From Gemmatimonadota bacterium (lineage in GTDB: Bacteria; Latescibacterota; UBA2968; UBA8231): a stretch of DNA of 28,251 nucleotides. Positions 1 to 9,600 of this stretch are shown here, in pieces. Within the stretch, counting starts at the first letter, position 1. Each line of letters begins with the position of its first letter. Below the pieces are notes generated by a model. That model saw nothing but the letters and a program-made list of their open reading frames with translations. It had not been told where the DNA came from and searched no databases. The stretch is taken from contig JAYOYH010000017.1 of assembly GCA_038153405.1 (NCBI GenBank), positions 1-28,251 on the forward strand, read 5' to 3'. The translations under genes and the position numbers were made by a program.

Positions 1-2826
1 ATCACCGACGATCAGGGTCGCTACTTTATTCTTAACGTGCCCCCGGGCGCGTATGCAGTAGAGGCTAGCTACGTCGGTTATCAGGCGCTGCGCAAAACCG
101 ATATCGCGGTGCGGCTCGACCTGACGACGACGGTGGATTTCAGCCTCGCCACCGAAGCGGTGCAGACGGAGGCTATGGTCATCACGGCGGAAGCGCCGAT
201 GGTTGAGCGCTCGCTGACCACCAGTCGCGCATCGATCGGCCTGTCCGAGATCAACAATACGATGCCGGTGGCTGATCTGCAGGATCTCATCAACACCACG
301 CCGAGCGTCTTTCGCGGCTATATTCGCGGGGGTCGCAAGGCCGAAGCCAAGGTCTTAGTCGACGGGGTCGACGTCTCCGATACCTACTTTCGCGCGGGTG
401 AAGGAGGCAACACATACAATCCGTACACGGACGTCAACCGCACCTCAGACGGTGAGTTTACGGCCGTGGGCATCAATGCCAGCAACGTGCAGGCGCTCGA
501 TATCGTGGCCGGCACGTTCAACGCCGAGTACGATGCGGCCAGCGCCGGCGTTATCAACGTCGTCACGCGCGAAGGGGGCGATGAGTTAGAGGGGCGCCTC
601 TTTATCCGCAGCGGTCTTGGTGGGTATAAAAATGCGGGCCCGGATGTGTATGAGGGACGCGTCAATCCAAAGCCTGCCGATGATGGCAGCGTCGACAAGA
701 CGACGTACTACGATCTGTACGAGCAGGCCCGAGACCAGCTGTTGGCCTCGGAAGACGCCGCAGACGTGGCGAAGGCCCAGCAGTACTACACCTTCAGACC
801 GGGCGACGTTACCTACGGCAGCAATCCGACGAGCGAAGTGGAGCTTTCGTTGGGTGGTAAGCTACCTGCCATTGGCACCAACTTCTATCTGACTACGCGC
901 TACCTCAACGACGAAGGCCTGTTGCCCAACACGCTCAATCGCTCGATGCGCCATTCGCTCAAGCTGACGCACAAGGCGGGCGATAACCTCAAGCTGACCG
1001 GCAACGTTATGATCGACGACGGCGGCGAATTGGGTGGCTGGGTAAACCGCAACTTCAGCGGTAAGTATGCCTACTATCCGGAAGGCGCGCTAGGTAATAA
1101 GAAGCTGGGTACTATGATGTATGTGGGCGCCAACTACTCGTTTTCGCCCAACACGTTTTTGGATGTCAAAGTGTCCAACGTAACGCGTTCGAGCACGTTT
1201 GGTTATTCCGATGACGATGGAGACGGCATCGTTGAAGAAGGTGAAGACGGCGATTTCATATTCATCGACAGCGCGGAAGAATCCGTAAAGTATCTCGGCG
1301 TTGACGGAAGTGGTGCCGATGCAGACGGCAACTTCACCTACTTCACCACCAACCCGGGTAACTCGAGAAACTTTGACCTGCCGTTTGGTTCCAATCAGTA
1401 CCGCCTAGGTCAGCCGGGTTTCTTTTACGAGGAACTCAATCGCGACGTGCTGCAGTTTAAAGCAGACCTTACGCATCAGATTAACTTTCATCACCAGTTA
1501 AAAGCGGGTATGCTGGTGCGCAAGCACTCCGTGTCGCAGCTCATGCAGCGCACCCAGGTCACGGTCGGCTACAGCAACCTGCCTTTCGAAGTGGGTGAGT
1601 ACGAGCGCAGTCCTTCTGAGATGGCCGTGTACGTGCAGGACAAGATCGAGTACGAAGGCATCATCATTAACGCGGGCGTGCGCCTCGACGGACTCAACGT
1701 CGATGCAGAGCAGATCGCCGATTTCTTCCGTCCGTCCGAAGAGGCCGAGTACACCTACGGAAATGGACAGACGCAGATCTATCGCCGACCGATTCGCGAA
1801 GGCGCAGTCGACACCAAGTGGTTTCTGCAGCCTCGCCTGGGCATTTCGCATCCGATCAGCGACAATGCGGCCATGCACTACTCGTGGGGCAAGTTTTACT
1901 CGCCGCCGTCCTTCTCTAAGCTGTATGACGATTACGCCAGCTTCGCCAACCCGTCCTATCCTGCCATCTACGACGTAGAGGCGGATCCGACGACGTCGAC
2001 GGCCTACGAGATGGGCATTCAGTACAGCTTTCATCCAGAGTACCTGGCGGACATTACGGCGTATTACCGGGACATCGAAAACTATGGCGATATTGGCTTT
2101 GCCATCAGTCCGGCCGATGCGGGCTTTGCTAACTACAGCTTCCGCACCTCGGGTGGGTATGCCGATAGCCGCGGTATAGAGCTGGGCATCGAGCGTCGTT
2201 CGAATAGCCGTATCAACGGCCGTTTCAACTACGCCTACAGCTATATCAAGGCCTCGCGTAGTGGCAATAACTCGACGCCGTTCCCCAATAAGTCTTCGTT
2301 TTCGCACGCCAGTGAGACGGATGTAGATGCATTGACCACGGCGCTTGAGAACAAAGAGTCGTTTAACACCTACGAAGCCAATGTGAACGGGGGTGGTAAT
2401 CCGCTGGTATCGGGTTATGACCGCGCCCATCGCATCGGTTTGACCTTGCTGGCTACGCTGCCTGCCGAAGTCGAACTGGCACTCATCACGACCGCCGAAA
2501 GTGGTTTCAACTTCAACATTACGGCGACCACCGAGGATCCGCGTGCCAGAGAGACCGATCGCGCACCGTGGAACATGCGCATGGACATGCGTCTCAACCG
2601 CGGTTTCCAGCTAGGCGGCTATGAATTAGGTGCGTTTTTTGAGGTGAGGAACCTGATGAACCGCGAGAACATTCTGACCTATGATAATCGCAACGTGCCG
2701 AGCGTCACCAAGTGGGAAGAAGATGGAGATCCGACCGGAGACCTCAATCGCGCCTTCACCGCCCAGAGCCAGGCCATTTATGACATTCCGCGAATGGCTA
2801 ACATCGGCATAACAGTGGATTTCTAA
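1..2826 (+). CDS. TonB-dependent outer-membrane receptor with N-terminal carboxypeptidase-regulatory-like domain (5'-truncated by window edge)
   Basis: Frame is open from base 1 (ITDDQGRYFILNVPPGAYAVEASYVGY, typical CarboxypepD_reg-like extension), so GTG at 37 is internal. Plug motifs IRGGR...VLVDGVDV and GTFNAEYDAASAGVINVVTREG; barrel strands (QPRLGISHP, AYEMGIQY, DITAYYRDI); ends in C-terminal Phe (IGITVDF). Confidence 0.93.
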   Translation: MTDDQGRYFILNVPPGAYAVEASYVGYQALRKTDIAVRLDLTTTVDFSLATEAVQTEAMVITAEAPMVERSLTTSRASIGLSEINNTMPVADLQDLINTTPSVFRGYIRGGRKAEAKVLVDGVDVSDTYFRAGEGGNTYNPYTDVNRTSDGEFTAVGINASNVQALDIVAGTFNAEYDAASAGVINVVTREGGDELEGRLFIRSGLGGYKNAGPDVYEGRVNPKPADDGSVDKTTYYDLYEQARDQLLASEDAADVAKAQQYYTFRPGDVTYGSNPTSEVELSLGGKLPAIGTNFYLTTRYLNDEGLLPNTLNRSMRHSLKLTHKAGDNLKLTGNVMIDDGGELGGWVNRNFSGKYAYYPEGALGNKKLGTMMYVGANYSFSPNTFLDVKVSNVTRSSTFGYSDDDGDGIVEEGEDGDFIFIDSAEESVKYLGVDGSGADADGNFTYFTTNPGNSRNFDLPFGSNQYRLGQPGFFYEELNRDVLQFKADLTHQINFHHQLKAGMLVRKHSVSQLMQRTQVTVGYSNLPFEVGEYERSPSEMAVYVQDKIEYEGIIINAGVRLDGLNVDAEQIADFFRPSEEAEYTYGNGQTQIYRRPIREGAVDTKWFLQPRLGISHPISDNAAMHYSWGKFYSPPSFSKLYDDYASFANPSYPAIYDVEADPTTSTAYEMGIQYSFHPEYLADITAYYRDIENYGDIGFAISPADAGFANYSFRTSGGYADSRGIELGIERRSNSRINGRFNYAYSYIKASRSGNNSTPFPNKSSFSHASETDVDALTTALENKESFNTYEANVNGGGNPLVSGYDRAHRIGLTLLATLPAEVELALITTAESGFNFNITATTEDPRARETDRAPWNMRMDMRLNRGFQLGGYELGAFFEVRNLMNRENILTYDNRNVPSVTKWEEDGDPTGDLNRAFTAQSQAIYDIPRMANIGITVDF

Positions 2827-2839
2827 TAGGAGCTATATC

Positions 2840-5362
2840 ATGCATATGCGAGTAAAAAAGACGTCGCTGTGGGCGGTGGCTCTGCTCTTCGGTATCGTCG
2901 GTAGCGCCTTTGCTCAGAAGGCGGGAGGCGTTTTCACCGCGGGCGATATCTGGGAGTCTTTCCTCCCGAGTAATGCGGGCCGCTTTTACGGAGAAGTCGC
3001 CGACGACCCGCAAAAGAGCTATGACCTGTTCCGAGTCGGTAACTGGGATCGCCAGTGGACGACTCCGACGCAGACCTATCCCGGCGGTGAGAATATCCAC
3101 TTGCCCTGGGGCCAAGAAATACAGATGTCGATGTACAGCTCGAGTGAGATTAACAACTTCACCGATTCGAATGCGCCCAGTGCCAGAAACTATCTGCTCG
3201 GTTTCTACACGAGTAATTTAGCGGGTGCGGGTGATTCCAATCGCGACTACACCAGCGATGGGGGTAGCTACTGGGCTGACAGCGACCGCAACGAGATGCA
3301 CTATACGGGCGGTATGCCAACCAACTTGGGCGTTGATGTGAAATGGCGCATGCGTCAGTATGCAGCCAACCACGCCAACCTGAACGACTTCATCCTCATC
3401 GAGTTGGAATTGACCAATACCGGCGTGCTCGATGCCGACGGCGACGGCGTGCCGGAAAAGACCGACAACCGCGTCGAGGCGCTCACGCTGCACATGCAGA
3501 ACGAGCCGATCAACTCGATGACGAACAGCAACAACGGTCGTCGCGGGGCCAGCGGTTGGTTTACCGGCCCGACATCGGGATACGATGCAACGCCGGACGG
3601 TAGCGGCGCAGCGTGGGACGTGCCGGTCGTGTTTACCGGTCCTGCGCCTAGCTCGCTGACCGAGCCGCATCCGGTCTTTGGTGGCAGCAGCGGCTGGTCC
3701 GCCGATGGCAAACGCTTGCTGGGTAGCACCATGCGCAGCCGCGGTCATTACTACGACATCTACAACGGTATGCAGTGGATCGCTGCTAAACAGGGTGGCA
3801 TGCCGGCCATTGGTAGCAGTGCTAACCAGGACGACAAGCGCACGATCTACGATAGCCATCCCGTCGGAGAGGGCGCCCAGCGCGGCTGGTTTACCTCTGT
3901 GCTGAAAGACGACGGTGGTCGTTCCGATGCGCGCGCATCGCATATCTATGCTATGAGCACGTTTTTCAACGGGCAGTCGATTGGTAGCCGCGTATGGGAT
4001 AAGGGTGCTTCGATCCAGAGCGCGAGTGCCCTAGTGCCCGATCCCAACTGGTTTGATCCAGACCATCCCGATATCGTGCCGGGCGATCCGCTGTCGTTTG
4101 TAAACGCAGTGCGTCCCGAGGGCGAGCGCGGTCAGCCGTTGGGCGATATGAAGTACAACAACAAGTTTGTGCAAAACTGGGAAGTCGATCCGAGCCAGAG
4201 TCTCGATAACCAGCCCGACTGGGCCTGGACAAAAGGCTACACGATCGATCACGGTTTTGACGGAAACATTCTCGTGGGTATTGGTCCGTTCGACCTGGAA
4301 GTAGGCGAAACGATAAACCTAGTGCTCGTAGAGTACGCTGGTTTTCGTCTCCAAGGCGCGCGCGCTGCCCGTCAGACGGCGCAGTGGGTGTATGAAAACG
4401 ACTTCCAAGTCCCGTCGCCGCCGCCGACGCCGAATATGGTGGTTGCACCCAATACAAACGTCAAGATTGATATCAAGTGGGACAATCGGGCCGAGTCGGA
4501 TCCGGACTTTGCCGGCTATAAAGTCTATCGTTCGGCGCTCTTTCCTCGCGTAGACTCACAGCAGGTGGGTATCCGCGTGGTAGATCGCTATCACGAGCAG
4601 ACAAAGGAAAATCCGACCGACGCTGAGCTGGCTGCATTGGGTAAGGCGAACAATCCCAATATCAGCTCTGCGGCCTACAAGCCACAGGAACCTGCGGCGT
4701 GGGGTCCCTATCGTCTAATCAAGCATGTTCCCGCTAGCGAGTTGGGGAACTATCTGAACGATGGTGCTGATAGCGGCACGTACAAGTACAAGTTTGAAGA
4801 CGAGAGCGACTTAGTGACGTTCGGTTTCACCTACTACTACTACGTGGCGGCATATAACAGCGATTCGGGCTCGATCAATGGCCAGGCATTTAACGGTCTT
4901 GAGACGCATCGTCACAACTTTAACGGACGCGACGGTTTGTGGAAGGGCACGTATCACTATGCGACGGCGTCGTCTTTCTTTCCCGCAGATCTGCAGGCCC
5001 AGAAAGACATTGGGGCCGCGTTTATTCTCAAGTCGCCCCTCGTCGATTCGGCGGAATTGGCCAACGGAAACCTCTCCGTGCGCGTAGTCCCCAACCCTTA
5101 TAAGAAAGGGGCTCTGCACGACACGGGTACCGAGCACAAGATGCTCTTTATCAACCTGCCCACCGGCACAAAGGTCACCATCTTTGACGTGTCGGGTCAG
5201 GTTATTGACGTCTTGCGCTTTAATGGCACCAATGCCTACGACGGTACGCTATTCTGGGATATGTTTTCCAAGGATGGTATCGAGGTTGCAAGTGGTCTAT
5301 ACATCTACGTGGCCGAGTACCCCGGTGGTTCACAGACCGGGCACTTCGCCATTCTGCGCTGA
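2840..5362 (+). CDS. Secreted 840-aa protein with FN3-like domain and T9SS-type/FlgD-Ig-like C-terminal sorting domain
   Basis: AGGAG SD upstream; Sec signal (MRVKKTSLWAVALLFGIVGSAFA|Q). Pro linker then FN3-like segment (IDIKWD...FAGYKVYRS...TYYYYVAAYN). C-terminus VRVVPNPY...KVTIFDVSGQVI...FWD...VASGLYIY...GHFAILR matches the CTD pattern. N-terminal ~520 aa not recognised. Confidence 0.8.
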   Translation: MHMRVKKTSLWAVALLFGIVGSAFAQKAGGVFTAGDIWESFLPSNAGRFYGEVADDPQKSYDLFRVGNWDRQWTTPTQTYPGGENIHLPWGQEIQMSMYSSSEINNFTDSNAPSARNYLLGFYTSNLAGAGDSNRDYTSDGGSYWADSDRNEMHYTGGMPTNLGVDVKWRMRQYAANHANLNDFILIELELTNTGVLDADGDGVPEKTDNRVEALTLHMQNEPINSMTNSNNGRRGASGWFTGPTSGYDATPDGSGAAWDVPVVFTGPAPSSLTEPHPVFGGSSGWSADGKRLLGSTMRSRGHYYDIYNGMQWIAAKQGGMPAIGSSANQDDKRTIYDSHPVGEGAQRGWFTSVLKDDGGRSDARASHIYAMSTFFNGQSIGSRVWDKGASIQSASALVPDPNWFDPDHPDIVPGDPLSFVNAVRPEGERGQPLGDMKYNNKFVQNWEVDPSQSLDNQPDWAWTKGYTIDHGFDGNILVGIGPFDLEVGETINLVLVEYAGFRLQGARAARQTAQWVYENDFQVPSPPPTPNMVVAPNTNVKIDIKWDNRAESDPDFAGYKVYRSALFPRVDSQQVGIRVVDRYHEQTKENPTDAELAALGKANNPNISSAAYKPQEPAAWGPYRLIKHVPASELGNYLNDGADSGTYKYKFEDESDLVTFGFTYYYYVAAYNSDSGSINGQAFNGLETHRHNFNGRDGLWKGTYHYATASSFFPADLQAQKDIGAAFILKSPLVDSAELANGNLSVRVVPNPYKKGALHDTGTEHKMLFINLPTGTKVTIFDVSGQVIDVLRFNGTNAYDGTLFWDMFSKDGIEVASGLYIYVAEYPGGSQTGHFAILR

Positions 5363-5390
5363 ATCGATCTAGGAAATGGAGGCTTAACAC

Positions 5391-6431
5391 ATGAAAGCTT
5401 TAAAGATCATAACAGTGCTGGGAATGGCCGTGCTCGTGGCGGCCGTCCAGCCTGCAGAGGCCGGCGTAGGAAAGTCCGGTCTCACCGGTGCCGCCTTTCT
5501 CAAGGTCGGCGTGGGCGCTCGTGCCGTGGCTTTGGGCTCGGCCTACACTACCGTTACGGGCGATGTGAACCAGATGTTTTGGAACCCCGCCGGCACGGCG
5601 ATGAGCGACGGCAAGGCGCAGGTCTTGCTCTCGCACAACTCGTGGATTGCCGACTTGTCGCACGATGCGGTGGGCTATGCGCGCGATATGGGCGATATGG
5701 GCACGCTGGGTATCGGCGTGGTCACGCTTGGTTTGAGCGATATCTCCGCCGACCGCGACGCCGTGCCGCAGTTTGTGCTCGATGCCGGCACCTTCGACCC
5801 CAACGATACCGCGACGTCGGGTAGCTATTCGTATCGCGACTTGGCCATCGGCGTCACCTGGAGTCGCCACATCACGGACCGCCTCGACATGGGTTTGACG
5901 GGCAAGATTGTCCGCCAGGCCATTGACGGTGTTAGCGCTACGGCCTATGCCGCAGATTTTGGCGCGATTTATCGCGTCGGCAACGGCATGCGCCTTGGTG
6001 CGCGCATCAACAACCTAGGCAGCGACCTGACGTTTTACGACATCGGCGCGCCGCTGCCGCTGATTTTCAGCATCGGTGCCGCCGCCGATCTGCTGCACAA
6101 TCGCGACGATGGCATGCAGGTTACGCTGCTGGCCGATGCGACCAAGCCGCAGGACGGCGAGCAGCTGCTCTACACGGCCGTCGAGGTGCAGTTGTTCGAT
6201 ATGCTGCAGTTGCGCTCGGGCTATAAGTTCAACTACCAGAGCTCGGAAGACGAAAAGGTGGACGAGGTCGATGGAACGGCATTTGATGCCCCGCGCACCG
6301 AAGAAGGCCTAACCGCTGGTATGGGTCTCGACGTGGGCATGGGGGGCTACGATGCCACCCTCGACTACGCCTTCACTTCGTTCGGCATCCTCGACAGCGT
6401 GCATCAGTTCTCGCTCAAGTTTCAATTCTGA
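5391..6431 (+). CDS. PorV/PorQ-family (FadL-like, UPF0164) outer-membrane beta-barrel
   Basis: GGAGG SD; signal peptide; family motif AAFLKVGVGARAVALGSAY...MFWNPAG; amphipathic strands; ends LDYAF...HQFSLKFQF with terminal Phe. Confidence 0.85.
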   Translation: MKALKIITVLGMAVLVAAVQPAEAGVGKSGLTGAAFLKVGVGARAVALGSAYTTVTGDVNQMFWNPAGTAMSDGKAQVLLSHNSWIADLSHDAVGYARDMGDMGTLGIGVVTLGLSDISADRDAVPQFVLDAGTFDPNDTATSGSYSYRDLAIGVTWSRHITDRLDMGLTGKIVRQAIDGVSATAYAADFGAIYRVGNGMRLGARINNLGSDLTFYDIGAPLPLIFSIGAAADLLHNRDDGMQVTLLADATKPQDGEQLLYTAVEVQLFDMLQLRSGYKFNYQSSEDEKVDEVDGTAFDAPRTEEGLTAGMGLDVGMGGYDATLDYAFTSFGILDSVHQFSLKFQF

Positions 6432-6454
6432 TAGCGAGCGGTTGATGTCGATCT

Positions 6455-6498
6455 AACAGGGAGGCCCCCGGGATGTGCTTTCGGGGGCCTCTTTTGTT
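6455..6498 (+). terminator. Intrinsic terminator after the TBDR-CTD-PorV unit
   Basis: 10-bp perfect stem GAGGCCCCCG (6461-6470)/CGGGGGCCTC (6482-6491) followed by TTTTGTT. Confidence 0.85.
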
Positions 6499-6643
6499 GC
6501 AGTGAGTTGTCTCTGCATCGCGCCGAGTTGTCGTCGGCGGGGCTGGTGCGGGATCCCGAGCCTATATTTCTACTAATCATCCTCTAGGCCGCTGCTGGGC
6601 GGATTGCCCGTCGCGGTCGCCATAGATCCAAATTCTATTTAAC

Positions 6644-9600
6644 GTGAGAATCGGGTTATACATAGTCCTGCTAGGCGCTGCCTGCAGTGTTGTTCGAGCC
6701 GATGCGGGCCTCGAAGACCGGCTGCGCCACTCCGTCCACGAGCTCTCAGGCCATGCCTCGCGCATGACAGGCTATGCGGGCGCCGACGCGGCGGCCCATT
6801 GGATTGAGCGCGCGCTGGGCGAAATGGCCGTCAAAGAGATTCACCGCCATGCGTTCCCGCTGCTGGTGCCGATGGACGAGGGATTTTCGCTGGAGATCGA
6901 AGGGCAATCTCTGCCGATCTATGGCGTTTGGCCCAATCTAATTCGCACATCCACTCTGCCCGACGGGGGGATTGAGGGTCAACTGCTCTACGGCGGCGAC
7001 GGCAGTCTCTTAGAGGGCAGGCCGGTAGCCGATCGCATCGTGCTGCTCGAATTCAACGCGCAAGACGTCTGGGTAGAGGCTTTTCAGCTGGGCGCGCAGG
7101 CGGTGATTTTTCTGCCAGCAAAAGGCGCACATCGCGCGGAAGCCGGACAAAAATTTCTCGATGTTCCCGCTGATTTGCCGCGTTTTTTTGCGCCGCAGTT
7201 GACGGCCGATGTGCTGCGCGCGGCGGCCGAGCGCGGGCCGCGGGTGCGCCTGAGCGGGCGCATGCCCATGCGCGAAGTGACGGCGCACAACATCGTGGCC
7301 ATCGTCGAAGGCAGCGACCCGCAGCTGCGCGGTGAAGCGGTGTATGTGACGGCGTATTACGACGCCATGTCGCCGGTGCCCGCACTGGCTCCGGGCGCAG
7401 AGCAGGCCAGCAGCGCGGCGGCCCTGCTCGAATTGGCGCGCGGCTGGACCGAGCGGCGTCCGCGCCGCACCGTCGTGCTCGTGTGGACGGCGGGTCATTT
7501 CCAACACCTCGCCGGCATGCGCTATTTGACGCCGGTGGTGATGGCCGCAGCTGGGCGTCGTCCGCCCGATGGGCTAAGCGAGCGGGAGCGGGCGCTGGCT
7601 GAGCGGTTAGGTGCGTTTAGGCTGCGCTTTGCCGCTGGTCTGGATCTGTCTTCCGGCAGCCCTATGATGGGCGCCTTTCGCCCGAATGCTCCGTATCGAA
7701 CTTCGCTGCTAGCACCGCCCCTTACCGTGCGCTTAATGGACCGCGTAGCGGCGTATGAAGATTCACTAGCAGCAGGTCGGCGCATATTTGCCAACGGCCT
7801 CAGGCAGGACTTTACGCGCCAGAGCCTCGGTTCTATGGCAGAGGTCGTGCCGATGGACGCCGCAGTGCTGGCGCTGGCCGGCTGTCCGACGATCGCTTTT
7901 GCGACGATCAACGACAGCCGCGCCCGCTTTGACGTCGTCGACGACGTTGCCGAGCGCGTGCGTTTTGCGTGGCTGGGCGAGCAGGTCGCGCTCCTCAAAT
8001 TTGTGTTATCGGAGCTGGTCGACGACGGCCAATTGGCTCCCTGGGAATGGGGCAATGACGCCTTTGGAACCATTCGCGGGCAAGTGGTTCACTACGGTCC
8101 GCGCAGCTATTTGCCCGACGAGCCCACCGGTCATGCATTGGTGCGCGTGCGCCTACGCCATCCGACGCTGTCCGGCGTGCGCCCCGATTTGTGGGCGGCG
8201 GCGGACGATTCGGGTTATTACCGCATACCCGGCGTAGAGACGCGCATTATCTATACGCAGCCGGTGCGCTTGGAGGCCTACGCGCTGGACGAGCGCGGTG
8301 CCGTTGTCGCAGCGCCGGATTGGGGCATAAACGGCGAGCGCAAGCTGCCCGGCCGCGCCCTCAAGGTGCTGATGGACGATCACGAGGAAGAGGTGCAGAT
8401 CGTTACGGCGAATCTGCGCGGCACGGCGCTCTTTGGCCTGTTTGACCCGCGCAACTTGCTGATGCCGGAGAATCTTGGCGCGATCGACGCGAGCCTCGAA
8501 GCGGAGCCCATGTCGTACGGGGCGTGCCTGCCGCTGACGGCACCGGAGATGGATCTATTTGGCTATAGAAACTACGTCGGTTCGCTAACGGAATCGGTTG
8601 CGGTGCTCTTTACCCGCCCCGGCACGCGCTTTAAGGTGGCCATGTCTACCGGGCGCTACGGACTGGGCCGCCGCCTACTGCTGCTCAATAGCAGCGACGA
8701 AAATCCGCTGGGTGCGGGCTTTGCCGTGCAGGACGAAGGTCGGCTGCCCAACACCGTTTACCAGGCGGCGCGCGATATGTTCTTGCTCAACGGTGCGCGC
8801 ATCGACAACCTGCAGCGACACGGCGTGCGCAACGGACGGCTGGCCGAGTTTCACGCGCGCGCGAAGGCCTACCTAGAGCAGGCCGATGCGGCGCGCGCGC
8901 GCTGGGCCCATCGCCTTTCGATCGATGCGGCGCGGCGCGCATGGGCCTATTCGGCCGCCGCCTATCGCGACGTTGAGAGCACGCAGGCCGGCGTGGTCCA
9001 AGGGGCGCTGTTTTTGTTGGCCGTCCTGCTGCCTTTTGCCCATTTTGCCGAGCGCCTGGTATTTGGCTTTCCCGACGTGCGCCGTCAGGTGCTGGGCTAC
9101 TTCGGGCTCTTCTTTGTCGGCTTTCTCGTCTTGAGTCAGCTGCACCCCGCCTTTGAACTGTCGATTTCTCCCTTTGTGATCTTGCTCGGCTTTGTCATCC
9201 TATCGCTGGGGCTGCTGGTAACCGGCATTGGCATTTCCCGCCTCAACCGCGAGCTGCAGGAACTAGCGCGCGGCCGGCGTGGCCACGCCTCCATGCAGCG
9301 CGGTGGAGCGGTTATGGCATCCATATCCGTGGGGTTAGCCCATATGCGGCGGCGGCCGCTGCGCACGGGAATGACCTGTGCAACGCTGGTCTTACTGACG
9401 TTTTCCGTGCTGTCTTTCACGTCCATTCGTTCGGCTCTGCGCACCAACTGGATCGACGTGGGGAGCGGGGCGCACTACGACGGCGCGCTGCTGCGCACGC
9501 TCGGTTGGAAGGCGATGGAAATGGAGGCCTACCGCATGCTGGTCGACTGGTTTGGCGTCGACAATGTCGCGCCGCGCGCCTGGAAGTCGGTTTCCTCAGC

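Noticed and set aside
37..39. ORF-track start of the TonB-dependent receptor
   Set aside because: Frame is open to base 1 and there is no signal peptide; the true start is upstream of the window.
1498..2430. 310-aa antisense ORF (and similar ones opposite leuA, leuC, argJ)
   Set aside because: Antisense mirror of strongly biased sense codons; no SD or domain features.
6499..6643. Promoter or structured RNA upstream of the fusion gene
   Set aside because: AT-rich patches and TTGCCC are present, but no correctly spaced -35/-10 pair or convincing structure.
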